A stretch of 64,000 bases of DNA from the NCBI GenBank assembly GCA_031267895.1, contig JAIRYF010000051.1:1561-65560 (forward strand). Direction: 5' to 3'. A program made the position numbers and the translations under genes. This stretch comes from Candidatus Methanoplasma glyptotermitis. Its GTDB lineage: Archaea; Thermoplasmatota; Thermoplasmata; Methanomassiliicoccales; Methanomethylophilaceae. Below the pieces are notes generated by a model. The model searched no databases. It was not told the origin of the DNA and saw nothing but the letters and a program-made list of their open reading frames with translations. This document shows, piece by piece, positions 45,681 to 55,443 of this stretch (positions within the stretch are counted from its first letter, which is position 1; every line of letters starts with the position of its first letter).

Positions 45681-48600
45681 TTTCTGCGTACAAACACCCC
45701 CTTCTTCATTCCAAACCATGCCATGGCTATAAGAGCCAGGATACATAGTGCTATCAGTGCCGCAGACGATGCGGGCATCGAACCAGAATCATCGTATACA
45801 TTGCTGCCGGAAGCAGACATATCTTCGGATTCCATCTCGGCAGGCTGTGCGTTCATGCTGAATGTCGCATTATTGCCTACAATGCTTACTCCGCTGCTGT
45901 TGGTGCTGAGGTTCTGACCCTGCGCCGTAACAGTTACATTGACAACCGGGACGCTGGTGTCGGTGGCATCCCTGCACATCAGCTTTATGTATATCACAGT
46001 GGAACCGTACCCGCTGACCTTATAGGAATTCGCTCCTGCCGCAGAAGATATGTTTCCTTCGCCTTTGTCAGAGTATACTACCGACCACTTGCCGCTCCCG
46101 CCGGATATCAAAGCCGATATCGACACGGTCTTGAGGTAGTTGTCATGATTGGTTATCGTCACCGCATACATGTACTCATACCCGCTGACAGCATCGACAA
46201 ACGCATCCTCCGTACCGCTTACATCGACATATGTGTCTGTAGTCCTGATCGGGGACATCGCACTGCCGTCCAAAACATAAGTTCCGACGCTGCTGCCGTT
46301 AAGCGATGTCACGGTAACGGACAGATTCTCATTGCCAGCACCGATATTTTCGGCATCATAAGATCCCGACACGGTGACGGTACCGGATGACTTCGCACCG
46401 ACCGTCAGTGTATACTCTTTATCAAGAATCCACGCCGACCCTGCTTTGACGATGTACGTCACACCGAAGTCGCCCGTGTTTTTGACCGTCAAGATGAACG
46501 ACCCGCGCCCGTTCGAGAAGCTGAAGCCGCTTCCGGATAGGTCAAGTCCGGACTGAGATGACGATGTTGTCGCCGGGAAATGTATCGATGCTCCGTCGGT
46601 CACTTCGGCTTCCGACATTGATGCCGTTCCTGTGTACCTGTACTCTGTGCCATTTACGGTCTTGCCGAGACTGGCACTTAGCTGCATGGCTTTTCCGGCA
46701 GGCACGGTAATTTCAAATATCCCGTCGGTCACTGTGAACGGTATCGTCACATTCCCATATGTCACTCTTAGTTCTCCGTTCGCCGTCACTCCGAGATATC
46801 CCTTAACGATCGCCTTATCGGCTTTGTCCGACAGATTCAGGGTCACCGGGCCTGTTGCGCTGGCGACCGATGCATATGCGATCCTCTCGGTTCCTTCCCC
46901 GGCACCGGACACTGCTTTGAAGTAGAACCCTTTGCCCCTCTCCAGATAGTAGACTAGAGGGTTATCGGAATCCACAAAATAACCGCCTGCCTCCTCATCG
47001 GTAGGTGTTACAGTTATCTCATCCGTGGCCGAAGCATTCAGTTCCACCCTCACCACATTCGTGACCTCTATGTTCAGAGAACCGCTGTGTCCCGGATACA
47101 CATACACCGTTCCGCTGTAGTAATACCCCGTGCTGCCCTTTATGACAGCGGTGTACTGGCCCGGTATCACAGAGGTCAGACCCGACACATTGTATGTTGT
47201 CGATGAACTGTTGTACAGAGTGATACTGACAGGCACGCCATTGGATACACTGACCGTCTTCACGTAACTGTCCGAATCGTCTGACTCATTAGCCGCAATA
47301 CTCCACGTGTAAGACGTGTCGCCTGTCCCTGCCGAGATATCCGTCGACCGTTCTTCCATGTGGAACCTGGCTGTATCGAATCCGGATATACTCATGACTG
47401 CCTTGTTTCCCTCCGGGACGGTGAATATAGCCTTCCCGTCCGAGTTCGTTTTCACAGTTATGCTGTATTCGGTGTTGCCAACCGAAATACTCATATTCAC
47501 ATCGGCAAAAGCTATCCCTCTGGTACTGGATGAGGACATGTTCGTCCTGTAGCTGACCGTTATAGTAATGTCGCGGGACTTTGACATAGAGATGTTTCCC
47601 AGATCCGTGTCCCCGGAGACCGTCACCGTTGATATTGATGAACTTGATGATCCGAAGAGATACATCGTGTATGTTCCCGCCGGCAGCCTGACATCGAATT
47701 TGCCGTCTTCGCCTGACGTGAATATGAATGTCGCCCCGCCGTCTCCTATAAACGATACAGTGGCTGACACTTTCTCACCCGCACTGTCCTCCGAGACCCC
47801 TTTGACACTGTATCCGGCTGCACCGGCAAGCGACACACTGCTGCCGGCCGAAACTCCGTAGTACACCATATTTCCGCTCACCGCGTATGCGGTGTACTTC
47901 TCGCCGATGCCCGCACTGCCGTTGATAGTCGGAACGGCAAGACTCGCCGATGACGACGAAGTCACGAAACCGTAAGACATCAGCGTAATCAGACTTCCGG
48001 ACGGTGCTCCCGTCACGGAGATACTCCTTGAATCATACAGAGTCAGCGATGCGGATTTAGACCCATTGCTCGAAACCGTCACGCTTGGATTGGATACGGA
48101 GACCTTGCCATCGGCCGCATAAATCACATATGTCGACGGCACGACGGACATTTCGATCTTTCCGTCGGTGGCACCCGCCACACTCGCACGGAATTCGGCA
48201 CCGGTCAACGTGTCTCTTGCAACTATCGTTCCGGTCTTCGCATTCGCACCTACATCATCTGTTGCCGTGACGGTTATCTTTCCGGATGTGGCCGACATTT
48301 GGAATCCTGCATTCGGTCCCGCATTTGCGGTCACGCTTGCCGTATTTATCGTCGTTCCTGACGGCGAATAGACGGTGACTTCATATATGTCTGGGATCAC
48401 ATTTCCGAACACGAAAATTCCATTCGAGACCTTTGTTTCGTATTTTTCACCAGATGCCTTCCCCGTCATTCCGACATAGCAGTCCTCCGTGTACGGATCG
48501 GTTCCCACGACGACACTCCCGGACAGATTTGTCACAGGTATGTCCAACCGCGAATCGGCAGATATCATGTTCCAGCGTGTATCGATCACAGATCCTGTCA

Positions 48601-51367
48601 CAATGGTATCGGTTCCAGATGAGAACACAACATAGTATTCGCCGCTAACCGGTACCGACACATCATACGAGCCGTTGGCTTTTGTGAATACAGTCGATTT
48701 TTTCACGTACCCTGCGATTCCGGATGTGTCATAGTCTGTCTTCACAAACACCGACACCTGTATGCCGCCAGCCCCTTTTGCCCCATTCGGCGAAACGTAG
48801 CTGACAGTCCCGGAGACCTCTTCGGTCATCGTAGAGTCGTATTCCATCAGCACGACACCGTTGACGTAGTTCACAAGTCCGCCGTCCTCACTCTGACGTT
48901 TCATGGCTTCGAATGCGTCCATGTCTTCCCACCCGTCGGATGAACCGTCAGCCTTGCTGTCCGGATTGTAATAAACATGCCAGTACGCTATCTTGTAGTC
49001 GGATAGCCCGTACCCCGGATTCGCTTTGACAGACCCGTCGCTCAAGGCAAGCGCGTTAAGATAAGTCGTGGATGAGGTGTATCCCGCCTCTGCGGGGGAC
49101 ATTCCTATGAGCGATTTCCAAAAGAAAGTATCGTACATAGCATCCGTATACGCCGCATAACCGCTCTCCACACCATACGTATAGTAGTAATTGGGGGCAC
49201 CGTATCCGTCCATGTTTTTGCTCCCGAGATAGGCCACACTTGAGAAGTACGTCCCATCGCCGTAGTAGAGGGGCAGCATGCTCCTGTCTGCAAGCACATA
49301 TTTTATCGACTTCCCGCTTGTGCCGCATATACTGTCATACAGAGAATTGATGCTCTGTTCGGATATCGTTGCCGTTATGTACCTGATGAGCACAGCATAC
49401 AGTGCATTTTCTTCGGTGATGCTCGGGCTGACCCCCGGATACAGAGCAACATTATTCTTCACTTCCGTTACGGCGGTCGAAGGATCATCAGTGTATCCCT
49501 TAATCTTACTGTAGTCCAGACCTGCGGCCCTTATCGCAGACTCAAACGATGCCAGACCGTCTGCAAGCACCAGGCGTATTGCCATAGCGGCTGTCGCTAC
49601 GGAGCTGCTCGTCGCAAGGATCGCCGCAGACAGAGCGGACGCACCGCCGCCGTACGGGTCTGTGACTGAATCGAAACCTCCGTTCGATGCTGAATTCACA
49701 GAATAGTTCAGCCAAGCCAGCAATGCACCGTCTTTTTCGATGCCATTGTAATAATCCCACATTTTGTCAACTGAGTTCACGTCATTCGTTATTATGGTGT
49801 ATCCGAGGCCTCCGAAGTATCCGTCGCCTTCCGAATTCGTAGGTATGCCTGCATCGACTGCATACACCGCATTCGGCACCGCGACCAAAGCCACGATCGC
49901 TATGGTTACGGCCAAAGGAATCGGTTTCAGAGCTTTCCTCAGTGCGTATTTGATGCCATTGCCTCTCATGTCCGCAAAGTAGCCCCTCAGATCCACCCTT
50001 CTTATCACCATAAGGATCACAGCCGCCGATGCGACTGCGAAACCCATGCCCGCTATAGCGGCATACGATGTCGAATACCACCCTATGCAGAACATTGCGA
50101 GGATCCATAACATGGTAAACGTATACTTTCTGGAATCCATGTTTCCGCGGTACTTGTACAGCATGTACAGGAACATTACGAGAGGCAGCCATACAGTCAC
50201 CCATCCGAAGAACGATGCCATCGATGATATTGATGTCCTTGATGCTCCCGAAACCAGACCGGACATCTGTCCGCCCGTGTATACAGAGTTTCCGTTCACG
50301 ACCGCAGAGAACAGTTCGCCCGACGCAAAGAAGAGCACTGCGAGTACGATTGCCGCAATGATCAGCGTAACGGGTATCATGAGCACCCATGACCTGCCGG
50401 CGGTCTTGCTAAGGAAAACCGTAAGAGCAACGGACAGAAAAGCCAGTATAAACGGTCCCGAAAATATCTGGACCCACAGTCCTGCCGCAAGGTAATAGGG
50501 TGCCGATATCAGCACACCCACCAGTATAACCAACGAGTACACTCCGACCGTCGGTATCATCTCTTTGGATCTGAGGCGGTCGATCACCGCCTGGGCGGCC
50601 ATAAAGAACACCAGCATCAGAAGAATTACGCGGAATTGATTCCATGACAGTGCTATCATCGCAAACAGTATTCCTGCGGCGAGCGCATTTTTGAGCAGGG
50701 TTCTGTCGCCTATCATTGCTCTGAACCCGTCGGGCTGCGTCTTGTCGCAGCAGTCAAGTGCTTTGAGCAGGAAATACAGCATGAAGGAGAACAGGAACCC
50801 TACGAACGCGTACTCCGTGCCGTTCGAGAAGGATGTGGTCATCACCATCAGCGCGAAGAACGCATACAAGAGCGCTGCCAGCAGACCTATCTTCTCATCA
50901 CTGAACATTTTCCTACCGATCAGATACACAGGCCAGCATGTAAGGGCCGCGAATATCGGTGCCGAGAACGCCAATGTTCCGGCCGCTGCGGTTCCCGCGG
51001 AAATGCCAAACATCGACACTATTCCTGCAACACCTGACAGGATTATATCCATCAGCGGGGGGTAGACGTTAACGGAACCGTATGGGTAATTGAGGGCCGG
51101 GTCAGTGAACGTGAACGAACCGCCGAGGATGTTCTCGATTATGTGAACGTGAATCGATGCTCCCGACCCGCCGGACAGAGCAAAATCGCTCCCGGCGGAC
51201 ACACCGTATGCGAAAACAAATCTCATGACAAAAGCCACGACCATGATCGCTAGCAGTGTTATCAGGCGCCATTCTCTCTTAAACCATACTCCCTGGCCGT
51301 CATCCGATGCCGGCAGGAAGCCCCCATCCGAGACGGGTCTGGCTGACCTAACTCCAAATTTACGCAT
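45677..51367 (-). CDS. 1896-aa fusion protein: STT3/AglB-like GT-C membrane domain, multiple CarboxypepD_reg-like beta-sandwich repeats, C-terminal TM anchor
   Basis: Residues about 30-505 are polytopic membrane and carry the AglB-like EL1 block IIENILGG..FTDPALNYPYGSVNVYPPLMD. At least 6 repeats follow the pattern DGKFDVRLPAGTYTMYL / NGIFVFGNVIPDIYEVTVY / DGIFEITVPAGKAMQL. The C-terminus ALIALCILALIAMAWFGMKKGVFVRRK is a TM anchor. Confidence 0.8.
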   Translation of the reverse strand: MRKFGVRSARPVSDGGFLPASDDGQGVWFKREWRLITLLAIMVVAFVMRFVFAYGVSAGSDFALSGGSGASIHVHIIENILGGSFTFTDPALNYPYGSVNVYPPLMDIILSGVAGIVSMFGISAGTAAAGTLAFSAPIFAALTCWPVYLIGRKMFSDEKIGLLAALLYAFFALMVMTTSFSNGTEYAFVGFLFSFMLYFLLKALDCCDKTQPDGFRAMIGDRTLLKNALAAGILFAMIALSWNQFRVILLMLVFFMAAQAVIDRLRSKEMIPTVGVYSLVILVGVLISAPYYLAAGLWVQIFSGPFILAFLSVALTVFLSKTAGRSWVLMIPVTLIIAAIVLAVLFFASGELFSAVVNGNSVYTGGQMSGLVSGASRTSISSMASFFGWVTVWLPLVMFLYMLYKYRGNMDSRKYTFTMLWILAMFCIGWYSTSYAAIAGMGFAVASAAVILMVIRRVDLRGYFADMRGNGIKYALRKALKPIPLAVTIAIVALVAVPNAVYAVDAGIPTNSEGDGYFGGLGYTIITNDVNSVDKMWDYYNGIEKDGALLAWLNYSVNSASNGGFDSVTDPYGGGASALSAAILATSSSVATAAMAIRLVLADGLASFESAIRAAGLDYSKIKGYTDDPSTAVTEVKNNVALYPGVSPSITEENALYAVLIRYITATISEQSINSLYDSICGTSGKSIKYVLADRSMLPLYYGDGTYFSSVAYLGSKNMDGYGAPNYYYTYGVESGYAAYTDAMYDTFFWKSLIGMSPAEAGYTSSTTYLNALALSDGSVKANPGYGLSDYKIAYWHVYYNPDSKADGSSDGWEDMDAFEAMKRQSEDGGLVNYVNGVVLMEYDSTMTEEVSGTVSYVSPNGAKGAGGIQVSVFVKTDYDTSGIAGYVKKSTVFTKANGSYDVSVPVSGEYYVVFSSGTDTIVTGSVIDTRWNMISADSRLDIPVTNLSGSVVVGTDPYTEDCYVGMTGKASGEKYETKVSNGIFVFGNVIPDIYEVTVYSPSGTTINTASVTANAGPNAGFQMSATSGKITVTATDDVGANAKTGTIVARDTLTGAEFRASVAGATDGKIEMSVVPSTYVIYAADGKVSVSNPSVTVSSNGSKSASLTLYDSRSISVTGAPSGSLITLMSYGFVTSSSSASLAVPTINGSAGIGEKYTAYAVSGNMVYYGVSAGSSVSLAGAAGYSVKGVSEDSAGEKVSATVSFIGDGGATFIFTSGEDGKFDVRLPAGTYTMYLFGSSSSSISTVTVSGDTDLGNISMSKSRDITITVSYRTNMSSSSTRGIAFADVNMSISVGNTEYSITVKTNSDGKAIFTVPEGNKAVMSISGFDTARFHMEERSTDISAGTGDTSYTWSIAANESDDSDSYVKTVSVSNGVPVSITLYNSSSTTYNVSGLTSVIPGQYTAVIKGSTGYYYSGTVYVYPGHSGSLNIEVTNVVRVELNASATDEITVTPTDEEAGGYFVDSDNPLVYYLERGKGFYFKAVSGAGEGTERIAYASVASATGPVTLNLSDKADKAIVKGYLGVTANGELRVTYGNVTIPFTVTDGIFEITVPAGKAMQLSASLGKTVNGTEYRYTGTASMSEAEVTDGASIHFPATTSSSQSGLDLSGSGFSFSNGRGSFILTVKNTGDFGVTYIVKAGSAWILDKEYTLTVGAKSSGTVTVSGSYDAENIGAGNENLSVTVTSLNGSSVGTYVLDGSAMSPIRTTDTYVDVSGTEDAFVDAVSGYEYMYAVTITNHDNYLKTVSISALISGGSGKWSVVYSDKGEGNISSAAGANSYKVSGYGSTVIYIKLMCRDATDTSVPVVNVTVTAQGQNLSTNSSGVSIVGNNATFSMNAQPAEMESEDMSASGSNVYDDSGSMPASSAALIALCILALIAMAWFGMKKGVFVRRK

Positions 51368-51463
51368 TCTGTAGTCTCCGTTGTGTAGAGTACTGACCCA
51401 TGCCCGAATGCCTATTTATAAGTTTATGGACGGTCGCGCGCGATGGCCGTGCGGTAGACAAGA

Positions 51464-52108
51464 TCAGAGCAGCGACTTAATCTCGTCTCCTATAGACAGT
51501 GCTGCCGACCTGGGATCGTCCGAGCCGTATATTGCTCTGCCCGCTATCACATAGTCCGCGCCCGCGGATACCGCGGAATACGCACTCCCTCCCTGTGAAC
51601 CGACCCCCGGAGAGAGAATCTTCAGATCTCCGGCTATCTTCCTTATTGCCTTTATCCTGTCCGGCCTTGTGGCCGGTGCGATGAACCCTGCCGCCCCGCA
51701 TCTCACTCCGAGTTCGGCCATCTCCTCTGCATGCGGTGCCGTAAACGCCGTTCCCCCCGGGTGGCTCATTTCCGTTACCGCAAATACCTCTGCATTCCCG
51801 GCCGCAATGACCGCTTCTCTCAGAGAATCCCCGCCCGCAAATGCATGCACTATGATGCCGGACGCTCCCCTGGAGACCGATTCCTCCACTATCAGGCGCA
51901 CAGTGTTGGGTATATCCGCCACTTTGAAATCACATATAACATCAGATATCTGGGACAGCCGGTTTATCATATCCGGCCCGGCAGACAGTACCAGCGGCCA
52001 ATTTATCTTTATCGCATCCACAACATCTGAGACGGACTCCGCTGTCTTTTCGGCCTTCTCTCCGTCCGTCTCGTCCAACGCGAGTATGAGTCCCGTTTCT
52101 CTTCTCAT
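51464..52108 (-). CDS. pyrF: orotidine 5'-phosphate decarboxylase
   Basis: LILALD, KINWPLV and DFKVADIPNT motifs. Start placed at ATG 52108 (MRRETGLILALD). Confidence 0.9.
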   Translation of the reverse strand: MRRETGLILALDETDGEKAEKTAESVSDVVDAIKINWPLVLSAGPDMINRLSQISDVICDFKVADIPNTVRLIVEESVSRGASGIIVHAFAGGDSLREAVIAAGNAEVFAVTEMSHPGGTAFTAPHAEEMAELGVRCGAAGFIAPATRPDRIKAIRKIAGDLKILSPGVGSQGGSAYSAVSAGADYVIAGRAIYGSDDPRSAALSIGDEIKSLL

Positions 52109-52132
52109 GGTCCGTGTTCTCCAAGCCTTCCA

Positions 52133-53230
52133 ATGTTTATTAAGACATCGCACCATCACCTGCTGATAATATTGAAGAAGTACGAATACTGCTCGGCCTC
52201 CAACGGTCCGCTCCCGGAAGGGTGCAGACACTGCACGAACGGGTCAAAAATGGTGCTGCTGATAACCGGCAGGTGCGACACCGGTTGTTTTTACTGTCCG
52301 ATATCTCCCAGCAAAAAGGGGAAGGATGTTATGTATGCCAACGAGAGGAGAATATTCCGTCTCGAAGAGATGATAGAAGAGGCCGAATCAATGGATGCAA
52401 CCGGAACAGGCATAACCGGCGGGGATCCGCTGACGGTTATGGAACGCACGGTATCTGCGATAAAGATCTTAAAAGAGCATTTCGGACAGAGCCATCATCT
52501 GCATCTGTATACATCGGTTGCGGACTTTGCGAAGGCTTCCGAACTCTGCGGGGCGGGTCTTGACGAAATACGGTTCCACCCGCCCATGTCCGTATGGGAC
52601 AGCATGGATTTCAAAGAAATATCGAAAATAGTCTCCGAAACATCCATGGACGTCGGGATAGAGGTACCAGCCATACCATGCAACGGGCAAAAACTGGAAA
52701 GGCTGGTTGTCTCTGCGGCGGAGACAGGTGTGAATTTCATAAACATAAACGAATTCGAATTTTCGGAGAGCAACTGGGATATGATGGAGAGGATGGGTTA
52801 CAAAGTAAAAAACGACCTTTCATCGGCTGTGGCCGGATCAGAGGAAGAAGCGATCGGACTTATGAAAAAGTATCCGAAATACCCAATACATTTCTGCTCC
52901 TCAGTATTCAAGGACGGGGTGCAGCTCAGGAAGAGACTGATCAGGATGGCCGATATTGCAGCCGGCAGATACGAGATTGTGACCGAAGACGGCACTTTGA
53001 TAAAGGGCACGGTGTGCGCAGATGACCTCGATGAGGCAGTGGCTCTGCTGTCGGAACTTCGGGTTCCGAAGAACCTGATGTACATTGACAGAGAAAGAAA
53101 CAGAATAGATGTCGCACCCTGGAAACTCAGAAGGATCTCAAAAAAGCTCCCGTACCTGTCATACATAGTGGAAGAGTACCCCACATTCGACAGAATGGAA
53201 GTGGAAAGAACGCCGCTGGCACACAAATAA
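52133..53230 (+). CDS. radical SAM domain protein, function unknown
   Basis: 365 aa. CRHC...LLITGRCDTGCFYCPIS contains a CxxxCxxC cluster motif. Conserved archaeal-type radical SAM architecture. Confidence 0.78.
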   Translation: MFIKTSHHHLLIILKKYEYCSASNGPLPEGCRHCTNGSKMVLLITGRCDTGCFYCPISPSKKGKDVMYANERRIFRLEEMIEEAESMDATGTGITGGDPLTVMERTVSAIKILKEHFGQSHHLHLYTSVADFAKASELCGAGLDEIRFHPPMSVWDSMDFKEISKIVSETSMDVGIEVPAIPCNGQKLERLVVSAAETGVNFININEFEFSESNWDMMERMGYKVKNDLSSAVAGSEEEAIGLMKKYPKYPIHFCSSVFKDGVQLRKRLIRMADIAAGRYEIVTEDGTLIKGTVCADDLDEAVALLSELRVPKNLMYIDRERNRIDVAPWKLRRISKKLPYLSYIVEEYPTFDRMEVERTPLAHK

Positions 53231-53291
53231 TATCGTGTCCCGGGCGGCAGAATGAAAATACGATTAAGTTGTTTCGGACTTACTCGGGGGA

Positions 53292-53720
53292 TCAGTCAAC
53301 GCTTATGCTCTGGATCTCATGGTGTCTGTTCACGATATCTCTTGCTATACGGAGATTCTTTCCCGCTTTGCCGATTGCGCGGCCTTTGAGCTTCGGATCC
53401 ACCGTGACCGTGGCATGAGTTATGTTTCCTCGCTGCTCGATAACGACCGTCTGAGGGTTGTAGATGTGAAACACATTCTTCACAAACTGTTCGGGATCCT
53501 CCGAGTATTCCACGACCTGTATGTTCTTGCCGGTCTTTTCCTTGAGCTTTATGACGTGTTCTCCTTTTTTCCCCACAGCTATGTTTCCCTGTCCCTTCTC
53601 CACCACGAACACCAGCTTATCTTCCGCATCCATGCAGTCGATCGGGCTGGCCTTCGTTATAGCCGAGAACAGAGCTATGTATCTGAGAGTCTCCTCATTG
53701 AGTACGATATCCGTAGACAT
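53292..53720 (-). CDS. nusA: archaeal NusA-like transcription factor (two KH domains)
   Basis: 142 aa. KH GxxG motifs VGKKGEHV and IGKAGKNL. Sits in the conserved position after L30e. Confidence 0.9.
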   Translation of the reverse strand: MSTDIVLNEETLRYIALFSAITKASPIDCMDAEDKLVFVVEKGQGNIAVGKKGEHVIKLKEKTGKNIQVVEYSEDPEQFVKNVFHIYNPQTVVIEQRGNITHATVTVDPKLKGRAIGKAGKNLRIARDIVNRHHEIQSISVD

Positions 53721-53724
53721 GGTC

Positions 53725-54009
53725 TCACAACGTTAAGATGTTGGACGAACCCTTGTCGATTACCGCCAGGGCGGATACGGAGAAGGGCTTACCGCAGAGA
53801 GCGCCCAATTCCATGTTGTTGCCCTCAAACACGTGCACCTTCACATCCACATCCCCTGTCAGTATCTCACTGGGGCAGTTTCTGGACAGGATGACCATCT
53901 GTGCCTTTCCCGCCTTTATCGCTTTCTCTGTCTGGTCGACCCCGAACTCCACTTCTCCTGTGGTGATCGCGGCTTTCAATGCTCTGCTGATATCGATTTT
54001 TTCACTCAT
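53725..54009 (-). CDS. rpl30e: 50S ribosomal protein L30e
   Basis: 94 aa. GKAQMVILSRNCP and ELGALCGKPF motifs of the L30e/L7Ae fold. Overlaps the rpoA2 stop by 4 nt. Confidence 0.92.
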   Translation of the reverse strand: MSEKIDISRALKAAITTGEVEFGVDQTEKAIKAGKAQMVILSRNCPSEILTGDVDVKVHVFEGNNMELGALCGKPFSVSALAVIDKGSSNILTL

Positions 54010-55442
54010 ACCTTCTTCCCCCTTTTGGGTGTGTAAATAAGGTTTACTGCGCCGGTACCCAATGTTACCGGCTGTCCGACTATGATGTTTTCGGTCACTC
54101 CTTCGAGGCTGTCGACCTCTCCGACCATCGCAGCGTGCAGAAGATGCGCCGCCGTGATTTCGAATGCCGCCCTTGCCAGCACCGATGATTTTTTACCGGA
54201 CACTCCGTGTCTTCCTATCGCCTTGACCTGGCCGTCATTCGTCATCAGATCGGCGACGAGCATTATATGCCTGATATCCACATCCAGGCCGGCCTCTCCC
54301 AGAGTCCCCATGGCCTCGTGTACTATTGAGTTCCTTGCGGCCTCAATCCCAAGGACATCCGCAACTTCTAGGATACTGTTCGTCATGACCTTATTCGTGT
54401 TGACGCCTTCTATCTTCAGCACCTCTTTGAGATTGCTGCCCTCGGTTATTATCTTCCAGGAGCCTCCGACCTTGCTGAGAACGGCTCTCGCGATGCCGTC
54501 TATTCCCTTTATTTTGGCATTCCTTACGGCATCGTACATTATCTGTAGCCTTTTGTACGACTGCTCGTCTGATGTTATTATTACTTGGAAATCCGACAGT
54601 CTGACGAGGCCGCGGACCGCTTTGATTTTGTTGAGTTTCTCAACAATGTCTTCCGTCCCGAGGCCGCGGACCGCCATCTTTCTCATGTTTGGAGTGATGA
54701 TCAGACGCTGGTTCGTTATGTCTGTCTCTATCGAAGCTATGTCCAGGAGAGATGTGACCTCGATCTCCGACGCTACATGTCTCGCAACACTTTCGTCCTC
54801 CGCGGCTATTCCGATCAGAGGTATCTCCATCGACGGTGTGCTGGGTATGCGTCTTGCATCCACAATCTCTATCAGCCTGGGAAGACCCTGGGTGACGTTT
54901 ATGTTCGCAACACCCGCGTAGTGGAAGGTACGCATGTTCATCTGAGTACCCGGCTCGCCGAGCGAGTGTGCGGCCATGACGCCGGTAGACTCGTTCTTAT
55001 CCATGAGACGCGAACTGTACATGCGGCTGGCGGTGACCATCAGTTTCTCGTGGATCTCGTCTCCGAGGTCGCAGTGCTCCACCACACGTGCTATGTCGGA
55101 GATTATCTTCATGGGCATGGATATCCCGAGTCTGAGGGCTATTTCCGTCAGTTTTTCTTCGGCGGGAGTGAGAACATGCTGTGTGAATACCTCCTCCAGG
55201 GGTTCCTGCTTTGGTTCTGGCACGGCCTTCTTGGTCTTGGGTGTACCGGCGCGCGATGCGCGCCTGCCTATTTTCAGGAGGGTTGCTTCCGCCTCCTCTT
55301 CCGAGAGTCCGACACTTACAAGGTCTTCGACGCTCGCCGCAGATATCAAACCCATCGTGTTGTATTTGGTCAGGAGAAGCTCTGCGACCTCTTCGCTTAT
55401 GTCCCTGCTGACAAGTGCCTTGATCGTATCTTTCTTAGCCAT
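54006..55442 (-). CDS. rpoA2: DNA-directed RNA polymerase subunit A'' with N-terminal helical extension
   Basis: SLGEPGTQMNMRTFHYAG and the rest of the A'' core. ATG 55442 lies 1 nt after the rpoA1 stop. About 90 extra N-terminal residues precede the usual A'' start. Confidence 0.95.
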   Translation of the reverse strand: MAKKDTIKALVSRDISEEVAELLLTKYNTMGLISAASVEDLVSVGLSEEEAEATLLKIGRRASRAGTPKTKKAVPEPKQEPLEEVFTQHVLTPAEEKLTEIALRLGISMPMKIISDIARVVEHCDLGDEIHEKLMVTASRMYSSRLMDKNESTGVMAAHSLGEPGTQMNMRTFHYAGVANINVTQGLPRLIEIVDARRIPSTPSMEIPLIGIAAEDESVARHVASEIEVTSLLDIASIETDITNQRLIITPNMRKMAVRGLGTEDIVEKLNKIKAVRGLVRLSDFQVIITSDEQSYKRLQIMYDAVRNAKIKGIDGIARAVLSKVGGSWKIITEGSNLKEVLKIEGVNTNKVMTNSILEVADVLGIEAARNSIVHEAMGTLGEAGLDVDIRHIMLVADLMTNDGQVKAIGRHGVSGKKSSVLARAAFEITAAHLLHAAMVGEVDSLEGVTENIIVGQPVTLGTGAVNLIYTPKRGKKV

Positions 55443-55443
55443 A

